Source: Hyphomicrobiaceae bacterium (GTDB lineage Bacteria > Pseudomonadota > Alphaproteobacteria > Rhizobiales > Hyphomicrobiaceae). Taken from it: DNA of 32,000 nt. The notes under the pieces are model-generated. The model was not told the origin of the DNA, did not search any database, and was given only the letters and a program-made list of their open reading frames with translations. The first letter of the stretch is position 1; each line of letters opens with the position of its first letter. Shown one piece after another: positions 25,166 through 32,000 of this stretch. The stretch lies in assembly GCA_036380915.1 (NCBI GenBank), contig DASVDU010000153.1, positions 15,590 to 47,589 of the forward strand. Direction: 5' to 3'. The position numbers and the translations under genes were made by a program.

Positions 25166-26398
25166 ATGCCAGGAAATCCGCGAGAAGTCTGGGTCACGGG
25201 AATCGGGCTCGTCTCCTCCCTCGGCGAAGGCATCGAAGCTCACGCTGCCCTGCTCTCACCCGCCGCGCGTCCGGCCCCAATACTGAACGAGAGCGCCTAT
25301 GCCCCATATTCGGTGCACCCGCTCGCGCCGCTCGATCTCTCAAAGCAAATTCCGAAAAAGAGCGATCAGCGGCAGATGGAGGGCTGGCAGCGCATCGGCG
25401 TCTACGCGGCGGGCCTGGCCCTTGCTGATGCGGGCATCGCCGGCAACGCGGAGCTGCTCGACCGGACAGGCCTCGTCGTCGCCGCCGGGAGCGGCGAGCG
25501 CGACACGGCGGTCGATTGCACCGTGCTCGAAAAGCTCGACGGCCGGGAGGATACAGGCGTGCTGGCCAAGGAGGTCCTGCCAAGCGCGCTCCGTCCAACC
25601 CTGTTTCTTGCTCAGCTCTCCAACCTTCTCGCCGGCAACATCTCGGTGGTCCACAACGTCACCGGCTCGTCGCGCACCTTCATGGGCGAGGAGATGGCCG
25701 GGCTCGCCGCCGCAGAGAATGCGGTGCGCCGCATTGCGGCCGGCCAGGGCGACCTCTTCCTCGTCGGCGGCTCGCTCAACGCCGAGCGGGAGGATCTGCT
25801 GCTCGGCTACGAGCTTGGCCACAACTTGTGGCGCGGACCGTTCCGTCCGGTGTGGGAGCGGCACGAGGCGGGAGGCGGTTTCGTGCCGGGAAGCGTCGGA
25901 GCATTCCTGGTGCTCGAAGCCCGCGGTCATGCCGAGGCGCGCGGGGCGAGGCCTTACGCGAAAGTGACAGGCGTCGTTTCCGATCGCTGCAATCGCACCC
26001 ATGGCGAAGCGGCAGAATTGGGACTACGGCTGTTCGCGACCCTGTGCAGCGGCTTGTCGGATGGGCCATTGCCGGTGCTGAGCGGCGCCAGCGGGGTGGC
26101 ACCTGTGACGCAGCAGGAGCTGGACTTCCTGCGAGCTTTGGATTCGGGCGGCTTCGATCCGATCATCCGCGCCTACGGCAGTCTCGTCGGGCATGGCGTC
26201 GAGGCCCATCTCGCCACCGGAATGGCCCTCGCAGCGCTAACGATCTCGCGCCAAAACTTCCTGCCGCCGCTCGATGATTCCGGGGTCGAGCGCCCGTTCG
26301 AAGGCGACCCGGGACGGGTGTTGGTGACGAGCTTCGGCCATTGGCGCGGTGAAGGGCTGGCGCTCATCGAGGCCGTTGCCGAAGGGGGCACACGATGA
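25166..26398 (+). CDS. Second FabF2XL-like Cys-less KS-like protein (paralogue of 21564..22784)
   Basis: Internal ATG at 25166 of track ORF 24857..26398, with GGAGCGGGG upstream. 410 aa, colinear with the first copy: VWVTGIGLVSSLGEG, SRTFMGEEMAG, LSGASGVAP and FGHWRGEGLAL. Confidence 0.85.
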   Translation: MPGNPREVWVTGIGLVSSLGEGIEAHAALLSPAARPAPILNESAYAPYSVHPLAPLDLSKQIPKKSDQRQMEGWQRIGVYAAGLALADAGIAGNAELLDRTGLVVAAGSGERDTAVDCTVLEKLDGREDTGVLAKEVLPSALRPTLFLAQLSNLLAGNISVVHNVTGSSRTFMGEEMAGLAAAENAVRRIAAGQGDLFLVGGSLNAEREDLLLGYELGHNLWRGPFRPVWERHEAGGGFVPGSVGAFLVLEARGHAEARGARPYAKVTGVVSDRCNRTHGEAAELGLRLFATLCSGLSDGPLPVLSGASGVAPVTQQELDFLRALDSGGFDPIIRAYGSLVGHGVEAHLATGMALAALTISRQNFLPPLDDSGVERPFEGDPGRVLVTSFGHWRGEGLALIEAVAEGGTR

Positions 26399-27660
26399 GG
26401 GACAGCAAAGGGCGGCCCGTGGTCGTGGTCACAGGAACCGGCGTCGTCACCTCCCTGGGGCTCGGAAAGGCGGAGAACTGGGCGAAGCTCACATCCGGCT
26501 GCTCCGGCATCCGCCGGATCAGCCGCTTTCCGACGGATGGTCTGCGTACCACGATCGCAGGCACGGTTGATTTTTTGGATGTCACGCCGTTTTCCGCTCC
26601 CGCGCTGACCATGGCCATGGCGGCTGCAGCGGCGGAGGAAGCGCTCGCGGAAGCGGAGATCGGCGAGAAGGGAGCGTTTCCCGGGCCTCTGTTCCTCGCC
26701 ACGCCACCAGCCGAGCTCGAGTGGCCGCAGCGCCGGCTGCTGTGGGAAGCACACGCTGGCGGCGAGCTCACGGGCTATAAGCGTCTGCTCGCGGCGGCAC
26801 GCGAAAGCCGCCACGCGGACCTTCAGGAAAAGTTCCAGTTCGCGAGCGTCGCCGAGCACCTGGCATGCCGGTTCGGGACGCGTGGCCTGCCGGTCTCCGT
26901 GTCGACCGCCTGCGCCTCGGGCGCGACCGCGATCCAGCTCGGAGTCGAGGCGATCCGGCGCGGGGAAACCAATGCCGCGCTGTGCATCGGCACCGACAGC
27001 TCCGTGCAGCTCGAGGCGCTGATCCGGTTCTCGCTCCTCTCTGCACTGTCGACCCGCAACGATCCCCCCGAAGCAGCATCGCGTCCGTTCTCGAAGGACA
27101 GGGACGGCTTCGTCATGGCAGAGGGCGCCGGCGCGCTGGTCCTGGAGTCCTACGAGCGGGCCCGCGCCCGCGGCGCTCAGATCCTCGGCGTCGTCAAAGG
27201 CTGCGGTGAGAAAGCCGACGACTATCACCGCACGCGATCGAGGCCCGATGGCACCGCTATCATCGGTGCCATCCGCAATGCCATCGAGGACGCCGGCATC
27301 GCGCCTCACGAGATCGACTATATCAACGCCCACGGCACCAGCACGCCGGAGAACGACAAGATGGAATACCTGTCGCTCAAGGCCGTCCTGGGCGACCACT
27401 TGGAGAAGACTCCGATCAGCTCCAATAAATCCATGATCGGCCACACGCTGTCGGCCGCAGGTGCGATCGAAGCCGTCTTTTCGCTGCTGACCATCCGCAC
27501 GGGCGTCGTGCCGCCGACCATCAATTACCGCAATCCCGATCCAGCTATTCCGCTCGACGTGGTGCCGAACGAGGCGCGCCGGGCCACGGTCAGAACGGTC
27601 CTGTCGAACTCGTTCGGTTTCGGCGGCCAGAACGCGTCGCTGATCCTGGCCGCACTATGA
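26395..27660 (+). CDS. Second FabF1XL-like beta-ketoacyl-ACP synthase with Cys-His-His triad (paralogue of 22786..24066)
   Basis: ATGA overlap with the preceding gene. 421 aa. Motifs are VSTACASGAT (Cys codon 26911-26913), YINAHGTSTPENDKME, SNKSMIGHTLSAAG and NSFGFGGQNA. Confidence 0.9.
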   Translation: MRDSKGRPVVVVTGTGVVTSLGLGKAENWAKLTSGCSGIRRISRFPTDGLRTTIAGTVDFLDVTPFSAPALTMAMAAAAAEEALAEAEIGEKGAFPGPLFLATPPAELEWPQRRLLWEAHAGGELTGYKRLLAAARESRHADLQEKFQFASVAEHLACRFGTRGLPVSVSTACASGATAIQLGVEAIRRGETNAALCIGTDSSVQLEALIRFSLLSALSTRNDPPEAASRPFSKDRDGFVMAEGAGALVLESYERARARGAQILGVVKGCGEKADDYHRTRSRPDGTAIIGAIRNAIEDAGIAPHEIDYINAHGTSTPENDKMEYLSLKAVLGDHLEKTPISSNKSMIGHTLSAAGAIEAVFSLLTIRTGVVPPTINYRNPDPAIPLDVVPNEARRATVRTVLSNSFGFGGQNASLILAAL

Positions 27661-27672
27661 TCGGGGGAAATC

Positions 27673-28617
27673 GTGATCGCATCTCAATGGCATTTTCGCG
27701 TCATCGCTTGGCGCGGCGAGGCGCACCCCAGAAGCCGTTCCGCCTCATCTTCCGACAAGGTCGGAGCGGTGGTGGCCCTCGCCGCACTGGCCGCCGTATG
27801 CGCGACCAGCACGCTGCCGGTCATCGAAGCCAAGCAGGAAGCACCTGAAGCGGCAGTCGCCCGCACCGGTCCGCTGACCGATCGCGAGACCTTCATCGGC
27901 GCCTATACAGGCGCGCCCTACACGTATTCGAGCAACCTGCATTTCCAGAGGCCGGACGGCTCGGAACTCACGATCAACGACGTGGCCTGGGACGGCAAGC
28001 CGTTCGACGATCCCATCTATTACGGCGCGAGGGTGATCCGCTGGACCGCCATGTCCCGGATCGGAAGCATGTTCGACTTCACGCACGGGAAGGCCTATTC
28101 GCAGCCCGAGCAGGAGGTGAGCGTTACCGGGAAAGGCGAGCCAGAGACGAAGAAAATCAGCGACATCTTCCATAAGCTCGAGTTCACGCACGGGCACAAC
28201 ATGCTGACCCTGAACGGGTTGTTCCGGCTGCCGTGGGGCACCAGCGCGATCAAGCCCTACGTCGGCCTCGGGGCAGGCATCTCAGTTCCGCACACGGAGG
28301 TGCAGTTCCGCGGCGAGCGCGGGCGCACGTACGAATATCAGTTCACCGGCCCTGTTCTGCAGGTGGTCGGCGGCTTGGAGCTCCGGGTGCCGCGGCTGTC
28401 CTACTTCGTAGAGTACAAATTCACGATTGCGCCGTACCGCGCGCCGCTGCACCTGCGTGACGGCAGCCTGGCCTTCGCGGATCTCTGGCACCAGTTCCTG
28501 CGCTGGTGGGAGGGAAGCGAGCCGGCCGGCGGCTGGCTGACGACCCGCCTCACGAGCCATCAGGTGATCGCCGGCATGGGCTATCGCAGTGGCAATGTTC
28601 TAGCCGCAGGTCCGTAG
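27673..28617 (+). CDS. Outer-membrane beta-barrel protein, tentatively LpxQ (lipid A oxidase)-like
   Basis: GTG at 27673 with GGGGGA upstream, 12 nt after the preceding stop. There is a hydrophobic signal-like segment VGAVVALAALAAVCATSTLPVIEA. Alternating beta-strand patterns include YVGLGAGISV, LQVVGGLELRV and SYFVEYKFTI. AWDGKPFDDPIYYGARVIRW resembles the W-E/D-G-x-x-F..P.YYG.R block I recall from lipid A oxidase family proteins. That recollection is unverified. The FTHG motif occurs twice. Confidence 0.55.
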   Translation: MIASQWHFRVIAWRGEAHPRSRSASSSDKVGAVVALAALAAVCATSTLPVIEAKQEAPEAAVARTGPLTDRETFIGAYTGAPYTYSSNLHFQRPDGSELTINDVAWDGKPFDDPIYYGARVIRWTAMSRIGSMFDFTHGKAYSQPEQEVSVTGKGEPETKKISDIFHKLEFTHGHNMLTLNGLFRLPWGTSAIKPYVGLGAGISVPHTEVQFRGERGRTYEYQFTGPVLQVVGGLELRVPRLSYFVEYKFTIAPYRAPLHLRDGSLAFADLWHQFLRWWEGSEPAGGWLTTRLTSHQVIAGMGYRSGNVLAAGP

Positions 28618-28689
28618 CCCGATACTGTCCTTGCCGGACCGCAGCTGGTGAGCAGATCGACGGCACGACGACAGGCAGTCTGCACTCAA

Positions 28690-30204
28690 TCAGCCGCGTC
28701 CTGTTGTCAGCCTGTGCCAGATCGCATCGACCCGCTGCACGACCTCCGGACTCATCGTCAGCACGCGGCCCCACTCGCGCTCGGTTTCGGGGCCGATCTT
28801 GTTCGTCGCGTCGATCCCGAGCTTGCCGCCGAGCCCCGGCTTCGGTGAGGCGAAGTCGAGATAGTCGATCGGCGTGTCCGCGATGGTCACCAGATCGCGC
28901 GCCAGATCGGCCCTTGTGGAGATGGCCCAGATCACATCGGCCCAATTGCGCACATCGATGTCCGGGTCCACCACCACGATCATCTTGGTCAGCGTGAACT
29001 GCGGCAGCGCGGACCACAGCCCCAGCATCAGCCGCCGGGCCTGCCCCGCATAGCGTTTGCGGATGGAGACCACGGCCATACGGTAGGAGCAGGCCTCCGG
29101 CGGCAGATGGAAATCCTCGATCTCGGGAAACTGCTTGCGCAGCAACGGCACCAGCAGGCGGGCGAAGACCTCACCGATCACCGACGGCTCGTCGGGTGGC
29201 CGGCCTGTGTGGGTGGAGAGATAGATCGGCGCGCGCCGGTGCGTGATGGCCGTCACCTGCATCACGGGAAACGGCTCGACCGAGTTGTAATAGCCGGTGT
29301 GATCCCCGTACGGCCCTTCGGGCGCGGTCTCGCCGGGTGAAACGGTCCCCTCGATGACGATTTCTGCGTCGGCAGGAACGGGCACCGGCACGGTTATCCC
29401 CGGCGCAACCCGCGTGCTCCGGCCACGGAGCAGACCTGAGAAGGTGAGCTCGGACATGGCTTCGGGAATTGGCATGGCGGCGGCGAGCATCAGAGCCGGA
29501 TCGGCACCGATGGCGATGGCGATCGGCATCGCCTCACCCTTCGCCCGCCATTGCGCATGATGGCGCGCGCCACCCCTGTTTGCCAGCCAGCGCACGATGA
29601 GGCGATCGCGACCCAGCACCTGCAGCCGATAGACGCCGACGTTGGTTCGGCCCGGGGCGTAGTCGCCCGGCGGCGATGTCACGACGAGCGGCCACGTGAT
29701 GAGCGGCGCCGGCTCGCCCGGCCAGCAGGTTTGGATCGGGAGTGTCGATAGATGGACCCGGTCACCCTGGCAGACGACCTCCTGCACGGGTGCCGATCGT
29801 GCGGCCACCGAGCGGGTCGCCAGTGCGGCGCGCAGCAATGGCCATCGGCGAAATGCATCGCGGAAATCGCTCGGCGCCTCGGGCTGGCGCAGCCACGCCA
29901 TCGCTTCCCCGAGGGCATCCAGACCGTCGGGCGTGACGCCAAGGCCCATGGCCACGCGCTCGCGCGTTCCGAACAGGTTGACCAGCACCGGAATGTCCGA
30001 GGTTCGGCCGTCAGCCATGACGGCTCGCTCGAACAGGAGCGCGGGGCCGCCGGCCCGCAACATGCGCCGGTGCACCTCCGTCATCTCATGAACCAGCGAG
30101 ACCGGCTCGTCGACGCGCATCAGCTGGCCCGACCGGTCAAGGTGGGCGATGAAGGCTCTGAGATCGGGGAATGGCGGCAGGCTGCGTAGCGACACCCAAG
30201 GCAC
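28690..30204 (-). CDS. ubiD: UbiD-family (prenylated-FMN-dependent) decarboxylase, probably 4-hydroxy-3-polyprenylbenzoate decarboxylase
   Basis: 504 aa. The N-terminus DLRAFIAHLDRSGQLMRVDEPVSLVHEMTEVHRR, plus GPYGDHTGYY and the C-terminal DATNK..E block, match the UbiD family. Divergent from ubiTUV. No ubiX in the window. Confidence 0.8.
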   Translation of the reverse strand: MPWVSLRSLPPFPDLRAFIAHLDRSGQLMRVDEPVSLVHEMTEVHRRMLRAGGPALLFERAVMADGRTSDIPVLVNLFGTRERVAMGLGVTPDGLDALGEAMAWLRQPEAPSDFRDAFRRWPLLRAALATRSVAARSAPVQEVVCQGDRVHLSTLPIQTCWPGEPAPLITWPLVVTSPPGDYAPGRTNVGVYRLQVLGRDRLIVRWLANRGGARHHAQWRAKGEAMPIAIAIGADPALMLAAAMPIPEAMSELTFSGLLRGRSTRVAPGITVPVPVPADAEIVIEGTVSPGETAPEGPYGDHTGYYNSVEPFPVMQVTAITHRRAPIYLSTHTGRPPDEPSVIGEVFARLLVPLLRKQFPEIEDFHLPPEACSYRMAVVSIRKRYAGQARRLMLGLWSALPQFTLTKMIVVVDPDIDVRNWADVIWAISTRADLARDLVTIADTPIDYLDFASPKPGLGGKLGIDATNKIGPETEREWGRVLTMSPEVVQRVDAIWHRLTTGRG

Positions 30205-30242
30205 CTCCGGCGCGATCCTGGGCGGCGGCCCGGGAGCGCGCC

Positions 30243-30256
30243 TTAACCCCGGTCAA
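30243..30256. promoter_or_regulatory. FNR/FixK-like box with one mismatch (TTAAC-CCCG-GTCAA versus TTGAY-N4-RTCAA)
   Basis: Read directly in the 87-bp ubiD/ubiT divergent gap. The right half-site is perfect. The left half has A instead of the conserved G. The centre lies about 42 nt from the ubiT ATG and about 45 nt from the ubiD ATG. Confidence 0.3.
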
Positions 30257-30291
30257 GGAGGCGCACGGATGACTGACCTACCAAGCACCTC

Positions 30292-30831
30292 ATGCCGAAC
30301 GCACCTCAGCTCCCGGCCCTTCTGACCAGCGCCATGCGCCTGCTGCCAACGCAGCCGCTCGAGCTGGCGCTCGACCGGCTGACGAAATCGATCGCACAGC
30401 GTCATCCTGACCTGTTCGATCGCCTGGGTGAGCATTCCCACAAGGCCATCGGCATCGCTCCAACGGATGTTCCGGTGATCTTCGTGCTGATGCCGGATCG
30501 GGAAGCGCCGCGTGTCGAGGTGAAGCGGACGGACTCGGCGCCCGCTTGCGATGCATCGATCGTCGGACCCTTATTCGCCCTCGTCGACATGGCCGAGGGG
30601 CGGCTCGATGGCGATGCGCTCTTCTTCTCGCGGGACATTCGCATCGAGGGCGACGTCGAGGCGGTCCTTGCACTGCGCAATGCACTCGACGGTGAAGGGC
30701 TCGATCTCATCAGGGAGGCAACGGCACCGCTCGGGATACTCGCCGCCGGCCCGGAGCTGATCGGCCGGCGTTGCCTCAACCTCCTGCGATCGGCTCTTCA
30801 GACCGCACCGGCAGAGGAGACCCCGTTTTGA
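30292..30831 (+). CDS. ubiT: SCP2-domain ubiquinone biosynthesis accessory factor UbiT
   Basis: 179 aa. The SCP2-like core is ...IFVLMPD...ASIVGPLFALVDMAEGRLDGDALFFSRDIRIEGDVEAVLALRNALD (compare E. coli YhbT DPDTLFFQRRLVIEGDTELGL). It lies immediately upstream of two U32-family genes, and its stop overlaps the ubiU start. Confidence 0.8.
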   Translation: MPNAPQLPALLTSAMRLLPTQPLELALDRLTKSIAQRHPDLFDRLGEHSHKAIGIAPTDVPVIFVLMPDREAPRVEVKRTDSAPACDASIVGPLFALVDMAEGRLDGDALFFSRDIRIEGDVEAVLALRNALDGEGLDLIREATAPLGILAAGPELIGRRCLNLLRSALQTAPAEETPF

Positions 30832-31823
30832 AGCCACAGTCCCGTCTCGAGCTCGTGTGCCCCGCCGGCACGCCAGGGGCGCTGCGGGTGGCCGTCGATG
30901 CCGGAGCCGATGCAGTCTATTGCGGCTTCCGCGACGAAACGAACGCGCGCAATTTCCCCGGCCTGAATTTCAGCCGCGAGGAGCTGAAGGAAGCAGTCAC
31001 CTACGCCCACGCCCGCGGCTGCAAGGTGCTGGTGGCGATCAACACCTTCCCGCGGGCGGGACATGTGGCGCTCTGGCAGAGGGCAGTGGATGATGCGGTT
31101 GCGCTCGGTGCCGACGCTCTCATCCTGTGCGACATCGGTCTGCTCGACTACGCGGCGACGAAGCATCCGAAAGCGCGGCTCCACCTGTCGGTGCAGGCGG
31201 CCGCGGCGAACCCGGAAGCTATCCGCTTTTATACGGCATCATTCGGCGTGAAGCGGGTCGTGCTGCCGCGCGTGCTCACCGTCTCCGAGATCGCCAGCAT
31301 AAACGAGGGTATCGATTGCGAGACGGAAGTGTTCGTCTTCGGCGGATTGTGCGTCATGGCCGAGGGGCGCTGCTCGCTGTCGTCCTACGCGACTGGCAAG
31401 TCGCCGAACATGAATGGCGTCTGCTCGCCGCCGAGCCACGTCAGCTATCATGAGGAGGGCGACGAGCTGGTCCCCCGCCTCGGCGGTTTCACGATCAACC
31501 GGATTCCGCGCTCGGAGCCTGCGGCCTACCCGACCCTGTGCAAGGGCCGTTTCGTAGCGGGGAAGTCATCCGGCTACATCTTCGAGGACCCCGTCAGCCT
31601 CAACGCGGGCACACTCGTGCCCGGTCTTGCAAAAGCCGGTGTGACGGCGCTCAAAATCGAGGGTCGCCAGCGCGGGCGCGCGTACATCGCCGCGGTGGTC
31701 AAAGCGTTCCGGCAGGCGGTCGACGCTTTGGCCGAGGGGCGGTCCGTCGACCTCGACCGGCTGCTCGCGCTTGCCGAGGGCCAGTCGTCGACCCAAGGCG
31801 CCTACGCCAAGACCTGGAGGTAG
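30828..31823 (+). CDS. ubiU: U32-peptidase-family Fe-S protein UbiU (O2-independent ubiquinone hydroxylation)
   Basis: TTG at 30828 (TTGA overlap with the ubiT stop, GAGGAGA 7 nt upstream) gives 331 aa, the length I recall for E. coli UbiU/YhbU. LELVCPAGTPGALRVAVDAGADAVYCGFRDETNARNFPGLNF parallels the E. coli N-terminus. Four Cys residues (GGLCVMAEGRCS, NGVCSPP, PTLCKGRF) fit the 4Fe-4S ligands. Confidence 0.85.
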   Translation: MKPQSRLELVCPAGTPGALRVAVDAGADAVYCGFRDETNARNFPGLNFSREELKEAVTYAHARGCKVLVAINTFPRAGHVALWQRAVDDAVALGADALILCDIGLLDYAATKHPKARLHLSVQAAAANPEAIRFYTASFGVKRVVLPRVLTVSEIASINEGIDCETEVFVFGGLCVMAEGRCSLSSYATGKSPNMNGVCSPPSHVSYHEEGDELVPRLGGFTINRIPRSEPAAYPTLCKGRFVAGKSSGYIFEDPVSLNAGTLVPGLAKAGVTALKIEGRQRGRAYIAAVVKAFRQAVDALAEGRSVDLDRLLALAEGQSSTQGAYAKTWR

Positions 31824-31829
31824 GTGCAG

Positions 31830-32000
31830 ATGTCAAATCCCGTGAGAATTACGCTCGGCCCCGTTCTCTTCAATTGGCAGCCGGAGGCATGGCGCGATTT
31901 CTACGCCCGGATCGCGGACGAGGCCCCGGTGGATCAGGTGTACCTCGGCGAGGTGGTGTGCTCGAAGCGCATGCCCTTCTTCGACGAGCTGATCGTCGAT
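31830..32000 (+). CDS. ubiV: U32-peptidase-family protein UbiV, 5' part only (truncated by the window end)
   Basis: My own translation from the ATG at 31830 reads MSNPVRITLGPVLFNWQPEAWRDFYARIADEAPVDQVYLGEVVCSKRMPFFDELIVD. This parallels E. coli YhbV (SLGPVLWYW...VIYLGEAVCSKR). It starts 6 nt after the ubiU stop. Confidence 0.8.
   Translation, partial: MSNPVRITLGPVLFNWQPEAWRDFYARIADEAPVDQVYLGEVVCSKRMPFFDELIVD

Larger units (their letters stand above)
25166..27660 (+). repeat. Copy 2 of the diverged tandem paralogous segment (KS-like plus KS gene pair)
   Basis: See copy 1. Both encoded proteins align end to end with their paralogues, with most positions identical by eye (not computed). Confidence 0.8.

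Noticed and set aside
27673-28617. Possibility that the ORF after the second KS pair is LpxXL, the VLCFA acyltransferase expected at this position.
   Set aside because: The sequence shows a signal-like segment and amphipathic beta-strand periodicity. It has none of the character of LpxL/HtrB-family inner-membrane acyltransferases (N-terminal TM anchor, HX4D/E block). It was therefore called an outer-membrane barrel instead.
28618-28689. Bipartite complementarity (CTGTC..TGCCG / CGGCA..GACAG) between the convergent barrel gene and ubiD, considered as a bidirectional terminator.
   Set aside because: The stems are short and interrupted, the apical loop is about 24 nt, and there are no flanking T/A tracts. 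Not convincing.
28690-30204. Idea that ubiD belongs functionally to the VLCFA cluster, for example as a decarboxylase acting on a lipid intermediate.
   Set aside because: It is on the opposite strand and convergent with the lipid operon. It shares its promoter region with ubiTUV. The ubiquinone context explains it fully.
1-32000. Looked for tRNA/rRNA genes, CRISPR repeats, IS/transposase or integrase genes, toxin-antitoxin pairs and known defence-system genes.
   Set aside because: No regularly spaced direct repeats, no cloverleaf-like segments, no transposase/integrase-like ORFs and no nuclease/ATPase defence signatures were seen. The only repeated DNA is the diverged KS-pair duplication.

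Overview
High-GC chromosomal window from an alphaproteobacterium of Hyphomicrobiales/Rhizobiales type. The assignment rests on an unmistakable acpXL-type lipid A very-long-chain fatty acid (VLCFA) cluster. I support about 31 genes and found no tRNA, rRNA, CRISPR array, IS element or phage/defence gene. Gene order, left to right: (1) an ArsR-family regulator, a DUF2892 membrane protein, an RND efflux pair (adaptor plus 1088-aa pump, no outer-membrane factor) and an AhpD/CMD-like CxxC protein. (2) A small Zn-ribbon-like ORF. (3) A minus-strand operon of a PdxA-family dehydrogenase with tctC, tctB and tctA, divergent from a GntR/FCD regulator. (4) A sulfur block: SulP/STAS permease, a frameshifted DUF421 gene, a signal-peptide-less sulfatase, a BASS-family symporter and a decayed outer-membrane-protein remnant. 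(5) The most interesting part, a bidirectional lipid cluster with two acyl carrier proteins. On the plus strand lies acpXL-fabZXL-fabF2XL-fabF1XL-adhA2XL, followed by a second diverged fabF2XL/fabF1XL-like pair and an outer-membrane beta-barrel gene where lpxXL normally sits. On the minus strand, divergent from acpXL, lies a MaoC-dehydratase::SDR fusion, a 739-aa FkbH-like HAD-IIIC loader and its own ACP. I infer that this trio makes a C3 hydroxyacyl-ACP (glyceryl, then lactyl) that primes or decorates the VLCFA. This is a hypothesis I cannot verify here. (6) ubiD, divergent from ubiT-ubiU-ubiV (the O2-independent ubiquinone hydroxylation system), with ubiV truncated by the window end. All functional calls come from reading motifs in the supplied translations. 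No database search was run.
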